Both the position numbers and the translations under genes were made by a program. DNA of 64,000 bases from Saccostrea echinata (taxonomy: Eukaryota), in NCBI RefSeq assembly GCF_033153115.1, contig NW_026889751.1:2666001-2730000 (forward strand), written 5' to 3'. Of the stretch, positions 1 through 14,139 are shown piece by piece (position 1 is the stretch's first letter; each line of letters begins with the position of its first letter). The notes beneath the pieces are model-generated. The model had not been told where the DNA came from. It searched no databases and saw only the letters and a list, made by a program, of their open reading frames with translations.

Positions 1-852
1 GTTATTATTGTTACATGTTATTGCATTAAGACAATATAATGCCATACCTTATGCAACAAAAAGTACAACACAATCAAATGACAATGCAGAGTTTATATTC
101 TGTAACCGATACATAATAGTGAATTGAGTTGTACAACTTTTACGATATACTCAATGATGTAGTATATAAGCATATATTAGTCCGATTACAAGCTTGAGAC
201 TTGTTGTAAATTTTATCAAAAATATATATTTCTAAAAAAAAAATATTAATCTTAATAATGATTCGATATTGTTAATATATGGATAGATATTTAAATGTTT
301 TGGAAAATAAATTGTACATTAGGCACCTTCTTTTTTTCATCACTGCATTCAAAAATATAACGAAATTCATTACTTATTTCCTATTTGTTTCGAATTCTGC
401 TGGAAAATGTCCTGAAATCTGTAGCTTTCTATGATGTGATATTCCTTCGTATTCATTTGCCTTGTTGGTCTTTCTTCTAAAGTTCGACACCTGCACTCTT
501 CATTTAGCCGGACAAACTGTTCTCTGGACATCAACTAAGGTTCTATCTTTCGTATCAAACATAAACTATCACAATGTTCTACGACGTTTAGACCCATCAT
601 ACCTCAAAATTGATAACTAATGATATCCTTTAATATTTACATTTACTAATGTTCGAGATAAATTACAAATAAGGAAATCACTTTTATATCTTCATGAAGC
701 CATTTGCTCATCACGTGACAGAACTACCTTCTCGCTGTATGTGGCTTAGTAATATACTGGGCAAAGCTTGCAGATATTGAATTTAAATAACGTAAATATC
801 TCTTTTTTTGTGAATCAAGGATAAGAATGAGATAAAATGTGAATATAAAAAA

Positions 853-997
853 TAACTGTCTGGATTTTTGGTTTTATGATGATGATCAAACAGTTTGCTC
901 ACGTGATAAATTTATGCATAAACGCCTTCGACGTTTATGCAAATATCACGAGAGCAAACTGTTCGTTCAAATCATAAAACCAAGATCTAGACACTTA
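853..997. mobile_element. palindromic MITE (~145 bp hairpin)
   Basis: Arms tgtctggatttttggttttatgat..aacagtttgctcacgtgata and tatcacgagagcaaactgtt..atcataaaaccaagatctagaca flank the centre gcataaacg-ccttcga-cgtttatgc. Confidence 0.6.
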
Positions 998-1247
998 ATT
1001 AAAGGATCACATTTTTAAAGAATTCATAACTCAAAAGACGATTAATATGCTAAGTTTGCACAAAAAGAACAAGTAGTTCTTCATTTAGTGTTGTCCAGGT
1101 TAGCCAAGATGCTAATTCTTTTTTCTCAAAAGAACCTCCCAAAAGTGCCCCTCGTTAATCAAGAGAATAGACCCAAGAAATTCAACATTTGTAAAGGCTC
1201 ATTTACTTTTTGCCGACACCGGGGCCTTTGTGTGCTGGCCGGGGGTT

Positions 1248-1280
1248 TATAAAGCAGGGAGTTGTGAGCCCCAGTCAGTC
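1248..1280 (+). promoter_or_regulatory. core promoter of collagen gene 1 (TATA box + initiator)
   Basis: TATAAA at 1248-1253; Inr-like TCAGTC at 1275-1280 with its A ~29 nt after the TATA; ATG at 1309. Confidence 0.65.
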
Positions 1281-1308
1281 TCAGACTCAGCTGTGAACTT
1301 TAATCATC

Positions 1309-1468
1309 ATGCGTACTTGTGTGCTGCTGTGCGTTTTGGGGTGGGCTGCCGTGTACGGCAAACCCAATAGCGACTGTACAACAGAGCTAGGCAAACTCAG
1401 GACCGAGTTGGAATCCATGAAGGAGATACTCAGCAACCTTCAGAGTGAGATCGTGGAGGTCGAGCACA
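1309..1468 (+). CDS. short-chain collagen gene 1, coding exon 1 (signal peptide + coiled-coil-like propeptide)
   Basis: MRTCVLLCVLGWAAVYG-KPNSDCTTELGKLRTELESMKEILSNLQSEIVEVEH; donor a|gtgagt, phase 1; missed by the ORF track. Confidence 0.85.
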
Positions 1469-2603
1469 GTGAGTTGTTTTCTATTTAAATATGTTCACTT
1501 TTATAAAAATGAAATCAATGCCAGGTTAGCTGGTAACATTACACGAAGAAAAAAGTAGCTTATTCATAATAAGTACGTGAATTACTTAAGTAGACGTAAC
1601 TTTTAGTATGAAAAGAGAAAATAATTGCAATCATTTGCAATTTTGAATAAAGAGCTATATGCGGTATATGCATATTTTTGGCCGCACAGAAATCAAATTT
1701 CGAAAATTTCTTGCAATGTGCTAAATTGTATATTGTCTGAAAAATCTTAATGAACAAAAAATATTATAGATTTGAAGTAGGATATTGGCAATTTTTATTT
1801 CAATGACGTCACAAACTATTTGAATTTTTGTCATTTTTCCAAAAGAGGACAAAATAGACAAAATTTGTTCAATTTTTAATATATAATTTATAGAGCGCAT
1901 CCCTGCTCCATAACAATATTCACAAATTTCATTGATATTATCATTCTACACAATATATCAAAACATTGAGTTGGAGCTGAGTTGCGCTCTGTGACTTTTA
2001 CTCAAAATATCGATGTAAATGTACCTTTTTCTCTATAAATCATGGGAACTTTAGATTTACGTCATTTTTCTGAAGTTATACCTAACATATGACGTCATGG
2101 CTGATGAAAATATTTAATGCTTTGAAGTTTGCATATATTCCCCTGTTTTCGAACATAATTATATGTTTCTCAATCAAAGTTTGGTTTTGGGGGCAAATAT
2201 TGGTCATTCCCGAATATAGTCCTTTGACAGAATCACTGTATGTTATTGTTTTTATTTATTCATTCATTTATTTATTGGTCTATTTAAACAAATAGCTTTG
2301 ACTTTGTAAATTATTTATAAAAGAAACTAAAGATGCGACTCCCGTCCCCTTTTTTACACACATTACATATACTAGTATTCAAACTATACAGAAAATGTTT
2401 TATTCTGATTTGATTAGTATATAAATATATAATCTGTTCTTGCATATCAGATGAAAGCAGGTTTTGCTCCGTTTGCATTGTTATCAATTTAAAGATTTCT
2501 AGAAAGCATTTCAATACTAGTAAATGCATGGTCACATTTTTAAATATTTATTCTGAATTAAAATGAAATAAAATGCTAATGTCATTCCTTTACATTTTTA
2601 CAG

Positions 2604-2678
2604 CAGCTCCACACAGCAGAGGAAAACGAGCTGGTTCCTACTTCTTAAGAGGACCTGTTGGACCTATGGGCGCCCCAG
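2604..2678 (+). CDS. collagen gene 1 exon 2 (furin site RGKR, start of Gly-X-Y)
   Basis: tttttacag| (T)APHSRGKRAGSYFLRGPVGPMGAP g|gtaaag; 75 nt, phase 1-1. Confidence 0.85.
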
Positions 2679-2824
2679 GTAAAGAAACAAAATTATCTAG
2701 ATAGTTTTTATATAGTTGTAGTACTTAAATCCAAAGAAGATACAAGAAAATTTTAAAACAAGAAAAAGGGATTCAAAATTTTGGTACATAAAAAACAGAC
2801 TCGGAACAATATTTATAAATCTAA

Positions 2825-3199
<375 letters not shown>

Positions 3200-3415
3200 T
3201 GAAAGAAAGAGAGAGAAGAAAGGGATTTGAGTTTTAAATTGCTGAGGTGCTAAAAATCAGGAGCTAAAAATCAAACTATATAGATAGATAATAAAAGAAT
3301 AAAACTACTTTTTTAAAGAAATATTGGAAAGTTCATGTTAAGAAGTGGTATCACATATAGTATTTCTCGATAAATTATATCGCTTATAAATTGTATGTTT
3401 CTTTATAATTTACAG

Positions 3416-3729
3416 GAGACGTTGGATATCCAGGAATGCCAGGTGAGCCCGGACCACAAGGTCCTGCAGGTGAGCCCGGACCACAAGGACCAGATGGACC
3501 AATGGGACCACGTGGACCTCAAGGATACCAAGGCTCTCAAGGTGCACCAGGAGTTCCAGGAGAGAAGGGAGAACGCGGACCCCAGGGAGCCACAGGGCGA
3601 CCAGGCTTGCCCGGGCCTGCACAATTTGCTGCGGCAGCTGCAGTAAAGGACACGTCTTATTATGCACAAGCCGCATCTAGGGCATACGCACAAGCACAAG
3701 CACAGGCCCGAAGAAATTACAAGGGATAA
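3416..3729 (+). CDS. collagen gene 1 exon 4 (23 triplets + Ala-rich tail)
   Basis: tttacag|ga gac; GXY then [35 protein letters not shown]; AATAAA at 3903. Confidence 0.92.
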
Positions 3730-4407
3730 ATAGCGTTAGAATATGAAAATTCCAAATTAGCTTTATAAAAAATTCCATCCATGCTTGTTATTTTTTGGCA
3801 TTTAATTTATTAGTTTAATTAGATGTGCTTGGGCTAGCCCGGTCTGTGGGTTATGTGAGCTATGATTGTGGCGAGGTACCAAAAAAGTGTGAGAAAAAGT
3901 TAAATAAAAAACATTAAAAACATTATTTGTTATATTTATTTTATTTATTTAATCACCAATAGAGTGATAGAATGGTTAGTACATGTACCAGCAATTGAAC
4001 AAACTTTCAAACTTCAACAAGAGATTGATTGGCTGAAAAACTACTTAATCGGTGATCTTTTTATGAAATAAGACAATCATTTTCAGAGGTATGCACATGT
4101 GTTGTTAGACATAGATGTCACTGATATTTGCTAGTACTCAACAAATTCTTTTTTTTTTCATGGACCCAAATCGTTTGGAAGCTCGAACGAAATAACAAGT
4201 CTGAAGAGAACAGTTCTGGATTATTCTTGTTCTAAGAAATACCTCTAAAGTAAATGTTGAACTCAAGATAACAGACATATTTTTATTTTTTTTTTGCTGA
4301 GTATCTCAATTTATTTAAACTTGGTTCCGATTAAAGAAAATTTGACTTATCTACTATTGGCATTTGAATCAATCTTTTCTCTGATTTGAATGTGAAATAT
4401 TAGATTG

Positions 4408-4621
4408 ATTGATTGATTTATTACTGTTTGACGCAGAGTCGGCAATATTTCAGCCATATTTCGGCAGAGAATCTGTATGATCGGTTTTGAGAAGTGTTAA
4501 TTTCTCTTGCGGCCCCCAGTGAGCCTGCTCTTTTTTCGAAAACCAGAGAAACGATCTTTTGCGTGCCAAGGGGGTTGCAATCCTTGACACAGGGCACCAT
4601 TTGATGTCCCATCTGACGGAC
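4408..4621 (-). mobile_element. SINE 3' fragment
   Basis: (ttga)n tail followed by a GC-richer body (ggcaatatttcagccatat...gggcaccatttgatgtcccatctgacggac); family not assigned. Confidence 0.4.
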
Positions 4622-5566
4622 TTAAAAGTTAAAAATCTGTAGAGTTAAAATATACATTGTTCAAAATCTTTACAACAAGTTTTAAACATCTCTTAATTTC
4701 ACTATAATAATCAGTTTCACGTAAATAATCTAAGATTGTTTAAACAATAATATTTCTAAATTATTCTTGCATCGTTTGAACATTATTAAAAAGACCTCTT
4801 TGATTATGTGAAAAAATCAGAACACTCTAAGAGAATATGACTTACAGTTAACGGACAGTCACATGATATACATTCTGGTTGAATTTCATGGTTAAGCAAG
4901 TACGCATGGGTAATTTTTGAATGGCCAATACGTATTCTTGAAATAATAACTTCATCCTGACGTTTTAGACCGAAGTCGGACGTTTTGTTAACTCTATTTT
5001 CTATAGCATAAACTTTATTTGTATCACAGAAATCCCAGTAAATTTGCCAAATTTGGTCTACAAGGAAGCCTTTTTCCCTGCAGCTTATGAAGATGGCAAT
5101 GTTTTAAAACAGTCTTAGCGCCTGGGTCTTAGTCGTTAGTTCTTTAGTAAAACGGGACTGGATCTAGTTGCTCATTTAATTTAATCTGTACATATAATGC
5201 ATTTAAACTATTTCTAGGGATCAACTGCTTCGAAACCTCTGTGGAAAACAAACGGAAAGTGCACTTAGAAGCAAGTGCACACATGCCTGCATTTATGAGA
5301 TATAAAGAAAATAAAATTATATTCAAACATTACAAAACCAAAAGATTTAGTGTGCCTTTTTCTTTTCTTTTTTTTTTTTTTTAAATATTTTTAAAAATTT
5401 ACATAATCGAATGATTTCTTTTAGATACACTAGAAAAATAATAGAAGCTTAAACAAAAAAAAAATCCAAACCGAAATAATGACATCGAGGGTACAAAAAA
5501 ATTCAAGACATTTCATTGCATTTCAAGACATTTTATTTCATTAACGACTTAATATTTTTACAAGTT

Positions 5567-6569
5567 CGAGGGTCGTCCATAAAGTTTGTGGACAATGACG
5601 TTTTTGTCAAACTGAGTGGTCCTAGATATACTTATTATATACCAAAATATGTGTTACGAAAATCCAAGTCGGTTTGGTTTTGATTGTTTGAACTTATATT
5701 TTTTCGTAAAAATCGCTGTCTTTAAAGGTCGCAGATTGTGCGCAAGGCCCAGGGTTTAAAATGTCATAAACTTTGAAATAAAGTTTTCTTATTAAAATTA
5801 TTTTCTTCATAAAACAAGCCAAAACTTATAAAAATTAAATGTGTCTCAAATAAAGCGGCAAAGAAAAAATCAAAAGAAATATGATTCAAAAATTGACAGA
5901 AAAAGCGACGTCGGCCATCCAACCGCAGCCGCGGCAACATCTAATCATAAGATGGTTGAAACGACGTACAAGACTAATTATTCAAACCATTGGAATATAT
6001 TTAGTTCATTAATTTGAAATTGGTATATACATTTTTTCAACGGTGTGTACAATTTTAGAAACACTACAAGAAGTGGAAAACTACTGATATTTGATGAAAA
6101 TATGATATCCCCATTCATGGTGTTATTATAAATCTAGCACGATGTCTGACTGGACTGTGCAGCCTGTACAAAGTGTTTATTCTGACGACGCTCGTAAATT
6201 ATCGAATATTGTTTTGAATTTTAAAAATTTACTCAATAATGGTCTATATGTAAATATTATCGCACACACTCAGCAGTGTGGCATAATTAAGAAAAATAGC
6301 GTGTGTCCACGAATATTGATAAAAATTCAAAATCCATATATTTGACGTTGTCATGAAACTAGTTTAAAGTCAGACTGGGCCGTACGGCTTCCATATACAA
6401 TTTATTTACACCTATAACTTTCGTAAAACAGTGTGTATTGTTTTAATTTTTTTTACATTGTACACACTAATTCATGGTCTATATCAAAATAAAATCGTAT
6501 ACCTTTAACAGTGTAATAATTAGTAGGAAAATTATAGCATTTGTATACGAACTTTACGGACAACCCTCA
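5567..6569. mobile_element. non-autonomous Tc1/mariner-like element
   Basis: TIRs cgagggtcgtccataaagtt / aactttacggacaaccctca; mariner-type CGAGGG end; no intact ORF. Confidence 0.6.
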
Positions 6570-7179
6570 TAAGTCTTTCTCACCTTCGATTTATGCACTG
6601 TCGCAAAACACTACTTTTTGACATACTGGGGTTCGTTTTGAGTACTTTATTGTATTTTCGTCAAGGAGTGTGTTAAATCAAAGACTACATTACATGAGCC
6701 TGGCAGAGTTTAAGCTAAACCCAATCCTGATCTGAGAGAGAGAGAGAGAGAGATTAATTACTCTTCCTATTACGTTTAATTATTTATATTTTTGGGGGTG
6801 GGTGGGGGTGGGGGCTAATTCGAGATAAAGAAGGATTCCTTCGTCAGTGTTATGAAAGGCTGCTGCAAACTTTGAATTCTGATAAAGCCATTATAGTTTT
6901 ATCATATTTTCTATATTAAAACAATTTTTGATATTTAAATCCCAGAAAATCCATTTGCAACACATAACTTGGACATAAAGTTGCCTATTGATACAATCCT
7001 AATATATCAGAAGATAAGATCTATTTTTTGATTTTTTTTTTCATTTTATTGATTGATTACAAATATACCAACTTTCAACAATGATAAAAATTAACGGTCT
7101 TTGATACTATGAGCATTGACACAAACAATTTGCTTGAATGCATTCTTTATCATTTTTTTCTTTCAAGGCATTCATCTTG

Positions 7180-7180
<1 letters not shown>

Positions 7181-7259
<79 letters not shown>
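7181..7259. repeat. (TA)n microsatellite
   Basis: Pure TA run; similar runs at 8335-8385 and 31038-31106. Confidence 0.95.
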
Positions 7260-7261
<2 letters not shown>

Positions 7262-8055
7262 TTTCTGATATTTTGTTTCATTAAATTAAATCCTGCAATA
7301 TGCATGACTTAACTGACTTTCCTGATACTTAGTATATCAATTTTAGAATTTTTAAGAAGACGCTAGTTTTACGAGATGATTGTTGCTGGAAACATTTGAA
7401 AGGACTGATTTGTTTATCAGTAATGAGGAAAATACACATGTACCATTAAAATAATTATGCAAATAGAAATGTTTTATGGTGCCCGTAAGCAGCTTGATTT
7501 GCTGCAAGTACCTTTTAGATATTACAAGTACTACATGTACCATCATCATTATAAACAACTAGTATTTAAATTAATTGGCAGTACTTTTCCAGCGTAGTGG
7601 GACTTATTATTTTCATTTACCTCCACATTCTCTCATCTGTCACTCGAAATTGATAAAATTTAGGTAATGGATATATTCTAAATTAAACTATCTTAATAGT
7701 CCTAACAATGAATGTTGAACAGGTTTTTTTTTAATTTCGGTAAGGTATCTAGTACTCCGGTGACCACTTTGTGGCTGAGATGTTTCTACTCACGTATCTC
7801 TTGAATCAGACTCCATGATTCCATGGGAAAAACTATACAAGAATCTTGCACTTTAAGTTGGGATCTCTCAAAGTGTAATTTGTAATATAAGGATGATTAA
7901 GCAATTGACCAAAAAGTCAGAACCAGATAACTATTCAATTGACTTCAAAGCAAATAGGCAGATGTTGAATTAGAAATAATTTTATTGCTATTTACCGATT
8001 ATTTATGTTCTCTAGGCTCTGTAGCTTCCTTCACATCTTTGTTGTCCTCGGCACC

Positions 8056-8230
8056 ATGAAAACTTACATTACCTTCCTGGTCCTCGGTACTGTTTCCGTA
8101 TTAGCTGATATTCAGTATGAAATTAAAAAACTTTCGGACGATATGGAATTAGTTAAATCTGAAATTTTAGCGCTGCAGGAAAAAATACGTTTAATGGTGA
8201 TCCAAGAGGAAGACTTACATGAAATTGCCC
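8056..8230 (+). CDS. short-chain collagen gene 2, coding exon 1 (signal peptide + coiled-coil-like propeptide)
   Basis: gcaccATG; MKTYITFLVLGTVSVLA-DIQYEIKKLSDDMELVKSEILALQEKIRLMVIQEEDLHEIA c|gtaagt; acceptor ttctctag at 8015 suggests an upstream 5'UTR exon. Confidence 0.85.
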
Positions 8231-8329
8231 GTAAGTAAATACAACAATTGTTATTTCATTTTCCATACTACATGGAATCTAGGCAGATATAATGTCCACA
8301 GAGAAATGCTTTTTTTTTTTTTAGACCGA

Positions 8330-8388
<59 letters not shown>

Positions 8389-8516
8389 CAAGATTATAGG
8401 AATTTCGAGAGGGAAAACACTAGTACACAAATCGCAAAGTGTCATATATTGTCATAATAATGCAGAGTAATGTCTTTGTAAGCTTTAATCCTATATAGTT
8501 TACTTGTACCTTTCAG

Positions 8517-8585
8517 CTGATCATGACCGCCATAAGAGATATGTAGTCGTTCAGTTTGCCCCAAGAGGCCCTCATGGACAGCCAG
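8517..8585 (+). CDS. collagen gene 2 exon 2 (furin site RHKR)
   Basis: ctttcag| (P)DHDRHKRYVVVQFAPRGPHGQP g|gtaagt; 69 nt, phase 1-1; same layout as gene 1 exon 2. Confidence 0.85.
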
Positions 8586-9179
8586 GTAAGTTTGTTTTTC
8601 CTTTATTTTCTTCGAAGAGGTGACAACATAGTCCATGATATTAGGTTTTATACCAAGTAAATTCTGTATGATAAGTCCGTGCTCGAATGACGCCATCATA
8701 TTTAGTAATTTTTACAATGGATTAAAAATATAAAAAGATAATAATTAAAGAATAATAGAATTATTGTAGATTTTGTTTTATCAATTTTTCATTAGAAACA
8801 TGTCTAAAAAGGTTTTGATTTCAACTACATTTACATTACAAAAAGTTTTTATACATGAATGTACACATGTACATTGTAGCATTTACATGTAATGTTCATA
8901 CATTTTATAATATGTTTTTTCTCTTGAAAAATAATATGTTGTTTTTAAAAGGAAACAAATGGCGTAACAAGTGTTTTCTGAAGAAATATCTTTCAACAAG
9001 CATTGTGAGCATAGGGGCTTGTTTTCCAGATTGTAAAAAAAAAACTTTTTAAAAAAATGAATTTACTTTTAATTAAATACACTTAAAAAGTTGTTTCAAT
9101 AAACATGATAAACATTCTGACACTTTCAGACAAGAAATACCATGTTTAAAAAAATTCGCGTCTCGTTTGATCTGATGAT

Positions 9180-9441
9180 CCGTCTGCTCTAAAGTCGCGG
9201 CGTAAGGAGTTGATCCTTACGTTGCGGGTTCGTGGAGACCGGTCCTTCGGATGAGACCGTATAAACCGAGGTCCCGTGTCGCAGTAGGTGCTGGCATGAA
9301 AAAGATCCCTCACTGCTCAATGGCCGTAAGTGCCGAGTATAGGACAAAATTTGCAGCTCTCCACCGGCAAGTGGTGGCGTCTCCATATGAGTGAAAAATT
9401 CTCGAGACGGACGTTAAACAACATACAAAAAACAAACAAAC
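9180..9441 (+). mobile_element. tRNA-derived V-domain SINE, 5'-truncated
   Basis: Near-identical to the reverse complement of 46588-46887; V-type core ttcggatgagaccgtataaaccgaggtcc; (aaac)n tail. Confidence 0.8.
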
Positions 9442-11517
9442 ATAAGCAATACTAGTCTCCTACCGGCAAGTATAATCTGGTTCCTCTAAAAAGTAATTCC
9501 GTCAAAAATAATAGAAGTGGAGCAAAATGCAAACGATCTAGCATCAAGGTAAACTCACATACCAAAAGCAGCTCAATATCTAAAAGTGTTTAGAAAAAAA
9601 GTGTGGAAAAGCAAATGGGAAATCTGGCCCCCCTTAGAAATTTTAAAAAAGGCAATAATTCCGTCAAAAATTATCGAAGCGGAACGAAATGCAAACTTTA
9701 TTTGTAATTCATCAAGATACACTCACATACCAAAACTCAGCTCAATATTTCCAAGCGTTTAGAAAAGGTTGCGGAAAATCAATTGGGACAGACTGACAGA
9801 AAGTCTGACCGCATATGACCAGAACTGTCAAATTTTGTTATAACACTTTTGCCTTCATTTATTTAAGTATACTCTCCCTCCGATTTTCTGTTTTGTCAAT
9901 TAATAAATAAGTGACACTTATTGTGAATTTCAAACCTAATGTCTGATAAATAAATGCATGAAAGTTTGAACGTTAATTTGCTTGAATATTGTATTGAGAA
10001 CGGCTAGCTATTGACTTTGGTAAAAATAGTGTGACGAAAAAAGGTGATATGCACGTGTTTAGGCGATTCAGAAAAGTTACTACATTGTTGTCAGAAAATA
10101 TCTGTGTAAAATCCTTGTCCAGGCTATATTTTCCATCCCATTGGCCCAGTTGGGCTCATACTTCACCCATAGAGTCTCCTTATCTAGAGGGTGTGCAGTG
10201 ACCTTCAACCAATTTTTTAGACGATAGGTCAAGGTCAGAAAACCTTTTTTGTGTAAAATTCTTGTTTGGAGCATATTTTCTCTCACAATGGTCCTACCGG
10301 GCTTAAACCTTTAGAGTGCTCGTGGATAGAGGCTATGCAATGACCTTGAAGCAAAGATCAAATGTCTAGGTCGAGAAACATCTCTGTGTAATATCCTTGT
10401 TCTGAGCCTATTTTTTCTTCCTCTGGCCCAGTTGGGCTTATACTTCACCCATACAGTGCTAATGGGTAGAGGGTGTGCAGTGACTTTGAACTAATTTTCT
10501 AGACGAAAGGTCAAATTCAGAAAATCCTTTCTTGGACATTTTTCTTTTATTGGCCCCAGCTGAATCAAACTTTCACTCAAAGAGTGTCCAAGGATAAAGG
10601 GTCTTTTATCCTAATGTCCTTTGTTAAAAGCGGGGCCCTTTAAGATGGTCGCCATCTCAACATGCCTAATATATATGCTATAATCAGAATGAATTACATG
10701 TATATTGTCTGTTAGTATAAGAATAATCGAATTCAATTTGAAACTAGAATACAAACGGTGTATTAAACAATACAGATGCAACTACAATGTAAATAACATG
10801 TTAATCATAGAACTGCCAAAAAGATATTCTGTATACATATTATAGATTTTTCATTTTCAAAACAAGGTATGTAAAGCCCTGTTTCTGTTAACATTTATGA
10901 CCAATTGTTACGTGACTCAACTCCAAAAGTTTCATCTAAAATTTCAATTTTTTTCTTTTACTTTGTACATTCACCTTGAATTGAATTTTTATCTTTAACT
11001 ATTTCAACCTTATAATATGTTAAAATATTGAATGTTTTGGCCTGCTTTTTAGAAATCTTTGTATTACCTCCGCTTTAGGTTTCTGTGCTGCTAACATATG
11101 AAATGCGCAAGCATTCGTCAACTCTCTCTCTCTCTATAAGCATGTTTTGGAATCAGGTTTAAGTAATCTACTTATTTAAAAAAGAATACTAATAACATAA
11201 AAGTTAATTCAAAACGATCAAAAGTGTCCATGTACTTTTAAAGTTTGAGAATCCATCAGTTTCAAATAATTTAATTAGAGATCCTTGAAGGTGATGCTTG
11301 AGGACAAAATCTCCCCCACCCCCACCCTTCTTCGTATCCCTGGAGTTGTGACAAATATGTCTCTTTTTTATTTAAAATATTATTTAAGTATTCCAATTAA
11401 ACAAAATTAAAACAAATATTTAATTATAAATCTAGATAGTCTGGGAATTCACAAATTAATTAGTACTTTTTCCCCTTTTCGTTCCTAGTTTTAACTTCAT
11501 ATGAATGTACTTTTTAG

Positions 11518-11769
11518 GTGAAAGAGGTGGCCGAGGAGACGATGGCGAACCTGGCTTGCCTGGCCCGGCTGGTAAAGATGGTGACAAAGGGCCCATGGGA
11601 GAGCGAGGATTCCCTGGACCTAGGGGATATCATGGATCAAAAGGACCAAGAGGACCAAAAGGCGAAAGTGGCGCTAAAGGAAAGCAGGGAGCACAGGGAT
11701 CTCAGGGTATTCACGGACCGATGGGAAGCAAAGGGGACAGGGGAAATCAAGGACCACCCGGGCCACCAG
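11518..11769 (+). CDS. collagen gene 2 exon 3 (28 Gly-X-Y triplets)
   Basis: tttttag|gt gaa aga ... cca cca g|gtgagc; 252 nt. Confidence 0.92.
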
Positions 11770-12595
11770 GTGAGCTACACAAGTTAGTTGAATGTTGTAA
11801 AGAACATGATTGGATATAAATGGTGGGTAATACCGGTACCTTTAGATTGGATTGCATAGATTCAATTTTCAATTATTAATAGGTATGACATTAAAACTTT
11901 TGTGAGGAAAATTCTTTCAACAGAAAATTTTTTTAAATAAAAAAAAATAATAAATTTGCGATTTCCATGGGGATTGAACCCAGACGATAAAGTGGCCCAA
12001 GGGCCACAATACTTACTTGAATCACTTTGGCTCGGCATATTTTTGCTAAACTTGATTTCCCTCTTTAATTTCATAAATATTTTGACATATATTTTGATAT
12101 GTTGTGGATCAAAATCTAGACCTAGAGGAGTTACCACTTATGTAAATCAAGGATTGAGATGTTTCAATATCAACACGGTCCTGCTGTTTTAAAGAAGACT
12201 TTTTTCCCTGTATATTCCTGTGTTCCTGTGCATTATGTAAAAATATTTGGATCTTTGATTTCGGCAAGACTCTAACCCCAGGGCTCAAATTTTTTTTAAA
12301 AAACCCACTCTTTACATCTTAGTTATATTTTGCTTATTACTTTGCTTTAATATAAATATTAATAATCATGGTTTTACTATTCGTGAGAATTTTCCCTATA
12401 TATTCCTTTGTAAAATTTTGGTTTCCTTTTGTGGTCCCGCCCTAGCCCAGGGTACATGATTTGAACAAACTTGAATCTACACTATACCTGAGAAGTTTTT
12501 TCAAAGATGCATTTTCATTTTCACTCATTCTTAATCATCTCTCTCGAAGAAGGGTGTTTCCCTTTATTTGAATAAACTTGAATCCACTTCACCTA

Positions 12596-12819
12596 AGGCG
12601 AATCCCTTTCATACAACATCTTACGACTATGAACAAAATCTGAAAAACTCTGCAATTTCGTTGTTTAAATAAATATGTCTATTTTTTTAAAAAGAATTAT
12701 TCACAATGTATTCTAATGGAATAGAAATATAAATTTTTTTGATCCACTAAGCTTTGATACTTTTCTGAGAAATTGGAAAATTTTGTCTTAGTCGTAAGAT
12801 ATTTTGTGAAAGGATCCTA
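12596..12819. mobile_element. MITE with TIRs
   Basis: cctttcatacaacatcttacgacta / tagtcgtaagatattttgtgaaagg inverted pair, inserted at the end of a decayed satellite-bearing repeat. Confidence 0.5.
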
Positions 12820-13792
12820 AGAAATTCAAACACATGTAGGCAAGATGTGCACATGTGTCGTAAAGTGTATTTTTTGGCTATTGTGGACCCTTACTACATA
12901 TTTTTGCTAACAATTTTTTTTTTATTTTTACGCAAACTATAAAGACATACAAAACAAAAAAACCTAGCAAATACCCACTTATTTGGAAAATTTGTGCTTT
13001 ATGTGGAAATAGCCATTTTAGCTGTCTTTGGAGTAGGAACATGTTTATTTATAGCCGAATATTACTTCAATACTTAACGAGATTGTAGCAAATTGAGGGG
13101 GATTTTACATGGAGCATAGTTTCGTTAATGTGAACTGATTTATCAAAGAAAGTTTTATGATTGAATTTTTTTTCTCACATCGTTATTCGTCATTCCATTT
13201 TTCTCTACTTATTCATCCAATTTCTTTTGAATCTTCTGAGTGGAGGTAAACACAAAATTTAAATCCAACTTACAAAATGATAATATGAGGAAACATGCAA
13301 GAAGGGTAAGAACTGAAGACATCTCATATTTTTTTTAAATTACGAAGTTCTTAAAGGCAATCGGGATCATTGTAGCAAAACAAGAGACCTCGAGCAACAT
13401 TTACAGTGTATGTAAATTATTTTACTGAGGTAATTTTGTGACGAGTCGGTAAAAAACACAAAGAAGAAAACTCTCGAATGAGACTGTATCTCTAATGATT
13501 TAAATTTTTAATAGATGAGAGGATCTATACATTATACGGAAAATTGAAAAACATTACATTTTATCCCATATGTGTGTGCAACAACTGCAATTAATATTTC
13601 AAAGAACTTACTAACATAATTTTATTCACACAAATGATTCTTGACGATATTTTTTTCATTATTCGGTTCAATCTCAATGTCAATCTGCACATTAAATGTT
13701 GCTTCTCCTGCTGTCACCATTCCTCCAGGTAATTTTCTTTAGTAACAAAAAATTGAACAAATTTGTAACATGCTGAAATGATACTCTTGCAG

Positions 13793-14139
13793 GCATCCCT
13801 GGGTTTCCCGGATTTCCCGGATTAACGGGATACGTTGGAATGCCAGGTGTAATTGGAGAACCTGGGCCCATAGGAGATCAAGGTGACACTGGAGAGACCG
13901 GAATCCCGGGACGTATGGGAGAGAAGGGAAAGCCTGGCGACACTGGTCCCCCTGGTAACGAAGGATGGTCTGGATCTCGAGGAGACTACGGAATAATGGG
14001 AGAACAAGGGAATCCTGGGTACCCTGGAATGCCGGGTGACGCTGGACCACAAGGCCCTCGAGGTCCCCAAGGCGTAACTCATGCAGAGTACCTCAGAGCA
14101 TTTGCTGAAGCACAAGCCAGATTGCGCAGTCGTGGTTAA
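13793..14139 (+). CDS. collagen gene 2 exon 4 (32 triplets + Ala-rich tail)
   Basis: cttgcag|gc atc cct; GXY then HAEYLRAFAEAQARLRSRG*; AATAAA near 14425. Confidence 0.92.
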
